The translations under genes were made by a program, and so were the position numbers. The notes beneath the pieces were generated by a model that saw only the letters and a program-made list of their open reading frames with translations, did no database searches and had not been told where the DNA came from. From positions 32,954 through 96,953 of IMG/VR virus record IMGVR_UViG_3300032287_003731: DNA of 64,000 nucleotides; one strand, written 5' to 3'. Each line of letters begins with the position of its first letter. Positions within the stretch are counted from its first letter, which is position 1. Of this stretch, positions 52,073-60,087 are shown piece after piece. Origin of the DNA: a virus.

Positions 52073-52846
52073 TTATTTTGCCAAAATGCTTTCAGCAACA
52101 TAAATACCATGCGCACCGCTAACGGTAATACCACGAGCTGAAAGTGCATCACCTACAAAGTGTACATATGGATATTCAGTTAATGATAAATCATCATAAT
52201 TAACTAACGGTTCCGGTGATAAGTATTTTACTTCAGGAATGTACATACCCCAATCATCACCAAATTCAAATACTTTATTCATTGATAATATAAAATCATG
52301 AATATAAGTAGCATATTCACCTAATACTTCATAAAACCTAACCAAATTATCTACAGGATAAGCAGATACAGTTGTTCCCTCGGATGTTAATCCAGGTTGA
52401 CGAGTTTTGTTTGGTGAATAATAAGTACCAGTTCCATTAATTTGTAGTTTTTGAACAATATCTCTACTCCAAGCAAATGGATCTTCAATACCTTTGATTT
52501 CCATTAATATACCAAAATTAGTCATTTGGTTTTCGAATTCTTTACCTTTTTTGGCGTGTCCGTTGTAGCTAACGTCTCCATAAGTTTCTTCCACTGCAAC
52601 GTAAGCTGCATTGTTGTTAGTACAAAAGCTACGGAGAGATACCTTATCGAATTTTTGATATAGTTTAAAATCATATGATATATCAATTAGTTTTTGAAAA
52701 TACTTTTGTGGGCTTTCAAATCTCACTCCAATCTGCACAGCGCGAGCTTCAGTTGGTAATTGTTTTTCTCTCACTATTTTTTGAGTTAAATCCATACCAG
52801 CTTTACCAGTACCATAAATTAAAGTATCAAATTTTATTTTTTTCAT
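52073..52846 (-). CDS. FAD-dependent oxidoreductase, C-terminal half
   Basis: GTGKAG, IGVRFE, RSFCTN, NGHA, TNFGIL, PEVKY, FVGDA..ARGI..SGAHG. Confidence 0.85.
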   Translation of the reverse strand: MKKIKFDTLIYGTGKAGMDLTQKIVREKQLPTEARAVQIGVRFESPQKYFQKLIDISYDFKLYQKFDKVSLRSFCTNNNAAYVAVEETYGDVSYNGHAKKGKEFENQMTNFGILMEIKGIEDPFAWSRDIVQKLQINGTGTYYSPNKTRQPGLTSEGTTVSAYPVDNLVRFYEVLGEYATYIHDFILSMNKVFEFGDDWGMYIPEVKYLSPEPLVNYDDLSLTEYPYVHFVGDALSARGITVSGAHGIYVAESILAK

Positions 52847-52847
52847 A

Positions 52848-53648
52848 TTAATTGTTTTTATATTTCCATTTATAACCTAATACAGATTTTCTTTTTCCTT
52901 GACAACATAAACATATTCCTCCATTGCTTTTTAATCCTGTTGTATCCTCAAATTCTTGAACAGAATCCCACTCTTTAATAAAATTATCTTCTAAATCATA
53001 TTGAAGGACAGGTTTTCTTCTTTTTTGAGAAACCATTTGATTTCTATATGTCCAATCTATATCTCGTTTTTTAAAAGTATCACTTTTCTTCTTTCTAGTC
53101 TCTTCAGAATCTTTTATACCTAATCTAACTTTTTTACCTATCATAGACTTACTTTTCTTCTCACTGCTTTCCTTACTCATCTTTTTGCCTTTATTAGGTG
53201 ATATATGACCTTTTAATCCTTCAGATATTTTTCTTTTAGATTCTTCAGAATGTTTCATTCCAGTAGTACCAGCTTTAACACCACATTCAGCTATATTAGC
53301 TAATATATAACCTTTATTTCGCAAATCTAATTCTATTTCTCTTTCTTTTAATAATGCTTCATTTTCACTTAATCCTTCAAATAATATTTTAGATTCAAAT
53401 ACACCATTATTTTTATTTACAATATTATGCCAGTATTGATTTCTACCATATTTTGATCTATCTCGTTTAGATATTCCTTTTCCAACATAAAACGGTTTAT
53501 TCATATCAGGTCGTATATGAATATAAACTATAAAGTTATTGTTTTGGTTTTTTTTCGTGATATTTTTGTTTGAGTTTTTCATCGATTTTTTCTTTATTAG
53601 ACCAATAATATTTCTTACTATATTCTCGTTGTTTGAGAATACGTTCAT
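52848..53648 (-). mobile_element. GIY-YIG-like homing endonuclease (NUMOD3/NUMOD1) splitting the oxidoreductase
   Basis: VYIHIRPD..PFYVGKG, HSEESKRKIS, VLQYDLE..FIKEW, GYKWKY; true start uncertain. Confidence 0.85.
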
Positions 53649-53679
53649 CTTCTGTTTGATATTTTTTAATACGTCCCAT
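53536..53679 (-). CDS. 47-aa basic ORF at the head of the endonuclease insert
   Basis: Hand-translated MGRIKKYQTEDERILKQREYSKKYYWSNKEKIDEKLKQKYHEKKPKQ; first ATG after ATATTTAT (53685-53692). Confidence 0.55.
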   Translation of the reverse strand: MGRIKKYQTEDERILKQREYSKKYYWSNKEKIDEKLKQKYHEKKPKQ

Positions 53680-53721
53680 CTATTATAAATATTATAGATC
53701 TAAGAAAAAATCTAAGAAAAA

Positions 53722-54243
53722 TCAATTATTCTTTAATATTATTTCTTTAGTTTCAAAATCAATATCTTCAACTTCAGTATTCCACATGAATCTAACACCT
53801 TTATCAACTAAATATTGATACCAACGTTTTCCTATTTCATGCAAGTAGTCTGTACCTATGTGGTATACGGGGAATAAGCGAAGTCCAAAATACGGCTTAA
53901 TAAAATCTGGTTCTGCTTGTGGGTTAGAGTACATTATTTTAGAAGGATCAGGATGGAAGCGTTTCCACATCTCAATTGATTGATTCATTAAATTATATGC
54001 TTTTTTTTCACCACAATACTTACTTAACTGACCTCCAATTGAAGTATGATAAGTAAGTTTACCATCTGAAAATCCTCCTGCTCCTGCAAAACCACACATT
54101 ACTTCTTCTGGTTTGCGAACATAAGGATCATTCCCTTTATCAATAATAGTAATTAATTCTCCAGGATAATTATTATCTATTAATTTTAATGCAGCACTAA
54201 TACCAGCTACACCACTTCCAACAATTACAATTTTATTCTTCAT
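53722..54243 (-). CDS. FAD-dependent oxidoreductase, N-terminal half
   Basis: IVIVGSGVAG Rossmann motif, GFAGAGGFSDGKL, HIGTD. Confidence 0.88.
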   Translation of the reverse strand: MKNKIVIVGSGVAGISAALKLIDNNYPGELITIIDKGNDPYVRKPEEVMCGFAGAGGFSDGKLTYHTSIGGQLSKYCGEKKAYNLMNQSIEMWKRFHPDPSKIMYSNPQAEPDFIKPYFGLRLFPVYHIGTDYLHEIGKRWYQYLVDKGVRFMWNTEVEDIDFETKEIILKNN

Positions 54244-54499
54244 TTTGATTTTCTTTATTTTTTCTTTTATATTCTTTAATTGTTTCTTGAGGTTCTTCTG
54301 TTTTTACTTCTTTATCTGCTTTTACCATTTCAGTAATTTCTTCTAAATTTTCAATTATTGAATCTAGTTTTTCAATAACTGTAGGAGTTTCTGGTTCTGT
54401 GGGTGGAGGAGGTGTTGTTGGGGTTTTAACTTGATTTTCTGCAGAGATAGCATTGTTAACCATGTTAAACCATCCTCTAATTGATCTTTGATAACTCAT
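54233..54499 (-). CDS. Hypothetical protein
   Basis: 88 aa with Pro-rich linker; overlaps the oxidoreductase start. Confidence 0.55.
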   Translation of the reverse strand: MSYQRSIRGWFNMVNNAISAENQVKTPTTPPPPTEPETPTVIEKLDSIIENLEEITEMVKADKEVKTEEPQETIKEYKRKNKENQNEE

Positions 54500-54519
54500 G
54501 TTTTATTATTTTTATAAAA

Positions 54520-55065
54520 TTAATAATTTATTTTTGCCATTTCAAATTTTGAAGGTCTAATATTCCAATTATCAATATATCTTATATTTTTTTCTTTTTT
54601 ACACCATATCGCTATAGTAGAAAGACTTATATTTAATTTATTAGCTGCTTCAGAACAAGATTCATATATCTCTCCGGTTTTTATATTTTGTATTCGTTTT
54701 CCTAGTTTTCTTTTAAATTTATTTTCCATCCAAAGTTTTTTCATTTTTTCACTTTTAATACGTTTAGCTTCTTCAGGATATATATAAGGTTTATGATAAC
54801 CTCCTCCTATGCAATTCATACCATTTAAAACACAGTTATACTGTTTTATCCAGTATTGTTCTTTTTTATTTAGTTCTTCTTCTTTACATTCTTCTATTAT
54901 TTCAAAAGAATGATAAAACCATCCATATTTTTTTAAAGATTCATATAATTTAGTTTGTTCTTTACAATAATGCTTTTTATATGTTTCAAATCTTTTTTCT
55001 ATATTAGTTGATTGACCAATATATATTTCTTTTTCAGGGTTAGTTATTTTATAAATACCTATCAT
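54520..55065 (-). mobile_element. Free-standing GIY-YIG homing endonuclease
   Basis: MIGIYKITNP...IYIGQSTNIEKR, KKYG, E.YWI; C-terminal NUMOD1-like HTH. Confidence 0.9.
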
Positions 55066-55089
55066 AATATTATTTATAATAAATATTAC

Positions 55090-55130
55090 AAAAAAAAATG
55101 GAGTAGTGGCTGTTTTAGGGCCACTACTCC
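55090..55130 (-). terminator. Strong terminator downstream of the cassette array
   Basis: GGAGTAGTGGC/GCCACTACTCC 11-bp stem followed by a T9 run on the minus strand. Confidence 0.85.
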
Positions 55131-55192
55131 GATTTATATAAATCCTCTAATGAGGCGAACAGGCAATGAATCTGTTTTATATATTTATATTA

Positions 55193-55534
55193 TTATAAAT
55201 AATTATTATAATATATAACTTTACCTGCTATATTTGCTGATTTTACTTTATTATATGGATCATTTTCAGGAAAAAGTTCTAACATATGTTCTTTACTAAA
55301 AGAAACATCTATTCCTGAGTTATCATCAGTACCTGCTGTAGCTACTAATGGATCACCCATAATTTCAAATTCAGAACCAGGATCACCTATTTTTTGAATA
55401 AATTCATCCATATTAGCGTTCAAAAATGAAGCAATATTTTTATCTTCATTCATTAATGATTCTTGATATTCACTTTCAGTGATTAATCCAGCGATAAGCT
55501 GCATTCTTTTAATTTCGTTAATTTGTTTTTTCAT
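55193..55534 (-). CDS. RMQLIAGL-leader protein (cassette 3)
   Basis: First 90 nt identical to those of 55604..56245. Confidence 0.8.
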   Translation of the reverse strand: MKKQINEIKRMQLIAGLITESEYQESLMNEDKNIASFLNANMDEFIQKIGDPGSEFEIMGDPLVATAGTDDNSGIDVSFSKEHMLELFPENDPYNKVKSANIAGKVIYYNNYL

Positions 55535-55603
55535 TTTTTTTTTTTGTTATATGTTAATAAATATCAGAACAGGCAATAAATCTGTTTTATATGTATTATT
55601 ATT

Positions 55604-56245
55604 TTATACTAATTCAATTCCCATTTCTTTTAACTTTTTTATAAAACTCATAATTTTTTGATTATCTACATCATCAAAGTCAGCTTCAAAAGCATCTTTT
55701 CCAGTTAAATCAGTTAAAATACCCATCCACTCTTCAGTTCCTGATTCTATTTCTTTGCCTCCCATTGATTCAAAATAATCATCATCTACTCCATTTTGAT
55801 TTAAAATATTAAGAACTTCTTCTTCAGACATTTGCTTATTTACTGATGAAATATTGTTAGGGGTTACTCTATTGGATTTTCTCCATGTAATTTTCACATC
55901 ACGGCCATATTTTATTTTAGCTGCTTTTGTTACAGCTTGTTCAAAACGAACACCTAATGCAAGATATGCGTTTTTATTTTCCCAATAGTTTTTAGGATCT
56001 CTTGGTCCTGGTATATAAATACTCTTCATAAAATCAGCTTCATTATCAGTTTCTAATTCTATTTCAAAAGTATTAGAATCAGCATCGTAAATACCATAGT
56101 CGTCTACATTATTGGGATTTATAAGAGTTTTTCTTAAAGTTTTATCAATTTCCCATTCATTCATTAATGATTCTTGATATTCACTTTCAGTGATTAATCC
56201 AGCGATAAGCTGCATTCTTTTAATTTCGTTAATTTGTTTTTTCAT
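55604..56245 (-). CDS. RMQLIAGL-leader protein (cassette 2)
   Basis: MKKQINEIKRMQLIAGLITESEYQESLMNE followed by unique payload. Confidence 0.8.
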   Translation of the reverse strand: MKKQINEIKRMQLIAGLITESEYQESLMNEWEIDKTLRKTLINPNNVDDYGIYDADSNTFEIELETDNEADFMKSIYIPGPRDPKNYWENKNAYLALGVRFEQAVTKAAKIKYGRDVKITWRKSNRVTPNNISSVNKQMSEEEVLNILNQNGVDDDYFESMGGKEIESGTEEWMGILTDLTGKDAFEADFDDVDNQKIMSFIKKLKEMGIELV

Positions 56246-56307
56246 TTTTTTTGTTATATATTAAATAAATATCTGAACAGGCAATAAATCTGTTTTATAT
56301 GTTTATA

Positions 56308-56640
56308 TTATTTTTGAATACGATCTTGTATTTCTTTTAATACTGATTTATCATGTATTGATATTGCAGGAGCACCATATCCTGAATCTGGCGTTAGTAT
56401 ACAAACGTAATTACTTCCTTCAAATACCACAGCATTTATTGTATTAGTTTCTATATCTGTTAATGTTCCTAATACTGTGCAATCATCTTTAAGTCCGGCG
56501 CTAAGATCTCCATCTGCTGGTGAATAGGCTCCTAAATTTTGTCCTGGTTGAAAGATAGTTACTTCTTCGTTTAGTTGGTTTTCTTTTAAAATACCAGCTA
56601 ATTGCTGTATTCTTTTAATTTCGTTAATTTGCTCTTTCAT
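56308..56640 (-). CDS. RIQQLAGI-leader protein (cassette 1)
   Basis: MKEQINEIKRIQQLAGILKENQLNE. Confidence 0.8.
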   Translation of the reverse strand: MKEQINEIKRIQQLAGILKENQLNEEVTIFQPGQNLGAYSPADGDLSAGLKDDCTVLGTLTDIETNTINAVVFEGSNYVCILTPDSGYGAPAISIHDKSVLKEIQDRIQK

Positions 56641-56649
56641 TTTTTTTTG

Positions 56650-57129
56650 TTATATATTAATAAATATCCAAGATGGCGTATTTCCTAATTTTTTCCAACT
56701 TAACCCTTTAACAGCTATTTTATCTTTAATATAAAACTGCTTATAAGCAATAATAGTATCACTATTCTTATACTCATCAGGCATACATTGTGGTGGGGGA
56801 GTAAACCCATTATCGGGTATATTAGGTTCATTATCACGGCACCATTCAAGTACATCTTGTGTTTTATGGTGTTTACCATAACGTTTTGTAAATTCACTAC
56901 AAATTTCAAGACCATGTTGTACAAGCCAACGATAGTGTTGAATTGATTGGCGAGTCCAAATTGTTGATGGATGATTAAAATGAGCACGCTTATATGGTGC
57001 TTGTGAACCTACTGCCCAATGTGTTGTACAGCACATTTGAGCTGATTCGATTTGCATTTTACGAATATGATCATCGGCTAATTGTTGTGCTGCGATGATT
57101 GGGTCTTGATTGATATAAAATATATTCAT
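56650..57129 (-). CDS. Pyrimidine-dimer DNA glycosylase (DenV-like) family protein
   Basis: MNIFY, D.HI.KM.IESAQM, YK..H.NHP..IW.R, EF.KRYGK.HK, QCMPDEYK. Confidence 0.8.
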   Translation of the reverse strand: MNIFYINQDPIIAAQQLADDHIRKMQIESAQMCCTTHWAVGSQAPYKRAHFNHPSTIWTRQSIQHYRWLVQHGLEICSEFTKRYGKHHKTQDVLEWCRDNEPNIPDNGFTPPPQCMPDEYKNSDTIIAYKQFYIKDKIAVKGLSWKKLGNTPSWIFINI

Positions 57130-57164
57130 ACTTTAAAAGTATAAATTTTATTTTGCCCTTTATA

Positions 57165-57518
57165 TTATTTTACGTTATATTCTTTGTTACCTACTTTTAG
57201 ATTAACTACAGTATCAAGATTTATCATTCTATAAGCTCGCTTTTGAATATCAAAAACAGGAATTAATCCTTTAGGTTCAGGATTATATGGTAGTTCACCT
57301 CCTTTAAGATAAGCTTTAACTCCTAAACGAGCATTCATAACTCGAGTAGTACCATCTGTTCTTTTAATAAAAGTTACTGTAAAAAATTTACCTTTAGTAT
57401 CTTTAATTACTTTTTTAGCTTGTTCATGGTTAATAGTTTCTACAGAAGAAGAATTTACATTCTGTTCTACAAGAATTCCTGCTAATTTTTGCCAACGTTT
57501 TGCTTCTTGTATTAACAT
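57165..57518 (-). CDS. SH3/WYL-like phage protein with RWQKLAGI leader
   Basis: FFTVTFIKRTDG..R.MNARLGV...VFDIQK.AYR.INL core preceded by MLIQEAKRWQKLAGILVE. Confidence 0.7.
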   Translation of the reverse strand: MLIQEAKRWQKLAGILVEQNVNSSSVETINHEQAKKVIKDTKGKFFTVTFIKRTDGTTRVMNARLGVKAYLKGGELPYNPEPKGLIPVFDIQKRAYRMINLDTVVNLKVGNKEYNVK

Positions 57519-57522
57519 TTAT

Positions 57523-58281
57523 TTATGTATTTTTTATAGTTTCAAGCATATTATTATATAACGTTTTTGATATAGTGTGATAAGTATAACATTGATTACA
57601 TTGTAATTGGATTCTTGGGTTTCCTAAAGCTGTATAACGTGTTTTGGTGTATTTCATGCTGTTTGAAGTACAATTAGGGCAAGAATATTTTTCCTCTCCG
57701 GCTATTACACCATGATGAGTTTTAGCAGGAATATAAGTTACTATTCTATTGTATACTTTTTCTAAAATAACTACATCATTTTTGCAATATTCTATCATAT
57801 GATGTAATGCTTCTTTATCTTTATTTAGTATTACTTTTTCCCATAAATCATATCCTGTATGTATTTTTTGTCCTACATTTAAAAATTTAGCTATGTAATC
57901 TAATTTGTTACTATTAAATCTAAATTTAGACCTAGCAAAATTTAAAGTATCTAATGTAGTGTACACAGGAAATACTGGGATTTTATGATATAGGCAACGA
58001 GTTCTAATCCATGGTAGATCAAATTTATCACCGTTATGTCCTATTAATTCATCTGCTTCATTAGCTACTTCAATAAATTGTTCTAGTAATTTTTTATCAT
58101 CTTGATTTTCATCCCAATGTAACGAATATACTTTATTTTCATTTATCCATTTATAACAAATACAAATAATTGCTCTTTCTTTTATAATACTTTCAGGAGA
58201 AATATTTTTTTTATAACCAGATGACCAAAAAAAGCCCACATTGGGGCTAGTTTCTATGTCAAAAAATAACTTTTTTACCAT
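57523..58281 (-). CDS. RNase H-like 3'-5' exonuclease with C-terminal Zn ribbon
   Basis: FFDIETSP, GHNGDKFDLP, DTL, SNKLD, YCKNDV; CPNC...CNQC. Confidence 0.88.
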   Translation of the reverse strand: MVKKLFFDIETSPNVGFFWSSGYKKNISPESIIKERAIICICYKWINENKVYSLHWDENQDDKKLLEQFIEVANEADELIGHNGDKFDLPWIRTRCLYHKIPVFPVYTTLDTLNFARSKFRFNSNKLDYIAKFLNVGQKIHTGYDLWEKVILNKDKEALHHMIEYCKNDVVILEKVYNRIVTYIPAKTHHGVIAGEEKYSCPNCTSNSMKYTKTRYTALGNPRIQLQCNQCYTYHTISKTLYNNMLETIKNT

Positions 58282-58317
58282 TTTTTATTTTTAATATATT
58301 AAAGAAGTTTTGCCAAA

Positions 58318-58746
58318 TCAACCTAAAGCTTCAAAATCATCATTTCTATCTAAGTAAAAAGTATCTTTTATTCCTTTTTCGTTTATTAAAGTCAATGTTA
58401 TATTATTTCCCCAAGGGCCTACATAAATTACTTCAACTTTTTCTCCTTTTTTAAATTCACCTATATCATCAGATAAAATATAAGTATTTCCTTTTTCTAT
58501 AGAAACTGCTGATACTTCTTTTAAATATTGTTTTAATTTCATGTGTTTTACATTTTTAAGTAAAGTTTCAATTGATAAAGTTTTTTCAGTTGATGTTGTT
58601 GTTGATAAAATTTCTTCTATAGTTTCTTGAAATCCTATTTCTTTTAGTATTTCATTCAATATGTTTATTTTAATAGGATCCTTTAAATCAACTATACCAT
58701 CTGGGCATCTATAAGACCATTCTGTAAGTATATCAGTAACTGTCAT
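58318..58746 (-). CDS. Hypothetical protein, possibly two fused leader modules
   Basis: ILTEWSYRCPDG module, then an internal MKLKQYLKE. Confidence 0.6.
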   Translation of the reverse strand: MTVTDILTEWSYRCPDGIVDLKDPIKINILNEILKEIGFQETIEEILSTTTSTEKTLSIETLLKNVKHMKLKQYLKEVSAVSIEKGNTYILSDDIGEFKKGEKVEVIYVGPWGNNITLTLINEKGIKDTFYLDRNDDFEALG

Positions 58747-58749
58747 TGT

Positions 58750-59271
58750 TTAGGCTTCAGCGGGTGGTGTTTCTTCAGCTGGTGTTTCTGCTGGTGGAGT
58801 TTCTTCTACTGGTGTTGTTTCTGGAGCACTTGAAGTAGCAGTAAATGCTTCGGCTCCAGCATCAGGAGCAGGTACTTCTTTACCTTCTCCCTCAGCAATA
58901 GCATAATTTAATTCTAACACGTTTGCGATTGCTTGTTGTGCTCTTTCTAATTCGCCTAAGTTTTGCATATTATATTTTTTCCCTGCTACTTTAACAGTGA
59001 AATTCTTTTTACCATCATATATAATATTAAAATCTTGTTCGTTTATTAGTTTAGCAGTAAACGTAGTTGGTTTTGGTGCTATTATTTTAATATCACTAAT
59101 AAAACGACCAAAAGTAGGAGACATTAGATCTTCCATAACTTTCTTTAATCCGGGAAAGCGATATACAAGATACATAGCTTTAGTTGCCTTCTTTTCTCTT
59201 TCTTCTTGTTCAGCAAGAGCTTTACGAACAGCAACTTTAATGTACTTTTCTAATAATAGTTTTTTATTCAT
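58750..59271 (-). CDS. Hypothetical putative internal protein
   Basis: [11 protein letters not shown] leader; acidic Pro-rich EETPPAE tail. Confidence 0.65.
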   Translation of the reverse strand: MNKKLLLEKYIKVAVRKALAEQEEREKKATKAMYLVYRFPGLKKVMEDLMSPTFGRFISDIKIIAPKPTTFTAKLINEQDFNIIYDGKKNFTVKVAGKKYNMQNLGELERAQQAIANVLELNYAIAEGEGKEVPAPDAGAEAFTATSSAPETTPVEETPPAETPAEETPPAEA

Positions 59272-59716
59272 CGTTTTTTAATTCATGAAATCCTTGAGCA
59301 GCTTGCTCAATGTAATTTTCAGCTTTAGCTATATGATCTTGAATCCAACCAGGTATATTACGTTCCTGGTTGCCTAATTTTTGTCTTAACTCAACAATCG
59401 CTTCCGCGATTGCTTCTAAGCTAGATACAGCCATTGATACTTCATGGTCCATACCTTCTTTTTGTACTACTTTAGATATTGCTTTACGACGAGTAGCTAA
59501 ATACTTATCTGTTTTATTAACTTTACCATCGTTATTTATATCTTCATCTTCTTGACCTATAGGATCTAAATCTTCATCCATAGCACGAGAAGTAGCAATA
59601 GCTCCTGCTTTAGCATCAGACATACCAGATGCTTTAAGTTTGTCAAATATTTCTCCACGTTTTTTCTTTTGAGTGGGAGTCATTTTTTTCTCTAATAAGT
59701 CAAGTAATTTTATCAT
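59264..59716 (-). CDS. Multi-module putative internal protein
   Basis: MIKLLDLLE; [14 protein letters not shown]-hand-like loop; DHEVSMA...WIQDHIAKA module. Confidence 0.65.
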   Translation of the reverse strand: MIKLLDLLEKKMTPTQKKKRGEIFDKLKASGMSDAKAGAIATSRAMDEDLDPIGQEDEDINNDGKVNKTDKYLATRRKAISKVVQKEGMDHEVSMAVSSLEAIAEAIVELRQKLGNQERNIPGWIQDHIAKAENYIEQAAQGFHELKNDE

Positions 59717-60087
59717 TTTAAATACTTTAATTTGTAAAGTAAAGAATTAATTTCAGCTACTACTTCGTCAACTTGATTTTGAATGTATGAATCTTGAGCT
59801 ATCATTGATCTAGTTTTTTCAACAAACATACATAATGTAGTGAAATAAGCAATAATAGCATCACAGCTTTGATATTCTTGTAATGCTACATTACTATAAC
59901 CAGTAATGATACCATGTTTACCTTGATATGATTCAACTAATCCATCAATTATATCTACAATGTTATCGTAGTATTCATTTAATGCTTTATGAGCAGCAAA
60001 CGATGGTGTTTGAAGATGATAAACATGAGCTTGCGTACGAGACGCCATTAAAGCAGAAACAAATTGACCTATGATAGCGTTTTCCAT
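59713..60087 (-). CDS. Ferritin/Dps-like four-helix protein
   Basis: [28 protein letters not shown]...IQNQ.DE....LYKL. Confidence 0.75.
   Translation of the reverse strand: MENAIIGQFVSALMASRTQAHVYHLQTPSFAAHKALNEYYDNIVDIIDGLVESYQGKHGIITGYSNVALQEYQSCDAIIAYFTTLCMFVEKTRSMIAQDSYIQNQVDEVVAEINSLLYKLKYLK

Larger units (their letters stand above)
55157..56300. repeat. Three copies of a 26-bp repeat GAACAGGCAAT[A/G]AATCTGTTTTATAT (55157, 55567, 56275) separating three genes
   Basis: Read directly; internal inverted repeat AACAG-N9-CTGTT. Confidence 0.9.
51429..58314 (-). promoter_or_regulatory. GGCAAAA-N9-TAnnTT(T/A)A motif x5, putative early/middle promoter
   Basis: 51429-51452, 52059-52082, 54515-54538, 57134-57157, 58291-58314; constant 9-nt spacer. 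Confidence 0.65.

Noticed and set aside
52847-53721. Group I intron in the oxidoreductase
   Set aside because: The insert is nearly all ORF with no visible P/Q/R/S core, and both halves have their own stop and start.
55095-55180. Pistol or hammerhead ribozyme on the plus strand
   Set aside because: Superficial words (TTAGGGCCAC, TGAGGCGAA) are present but the required pseudoknot and core do not match.
55445-56245. Diversity-generating retroelement TR/VR pair
   Set aside because: Copies are identical with no adenine-specific mismatches, lie at 5' ends, and no reverse transcriptase is present.
55157-56300. 26-bp repeats as a CRISPR array
   Set aside because: Intervening sequences are 380-680 nt whole genes, not 30-40 nt spacers; no cas genes.
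55157-56300. Canonical integron attC sites
   Set aside because: Too short, no RYYYAAC/GTTRRRY boxes, no integrase in the window; kept only as an analogy.
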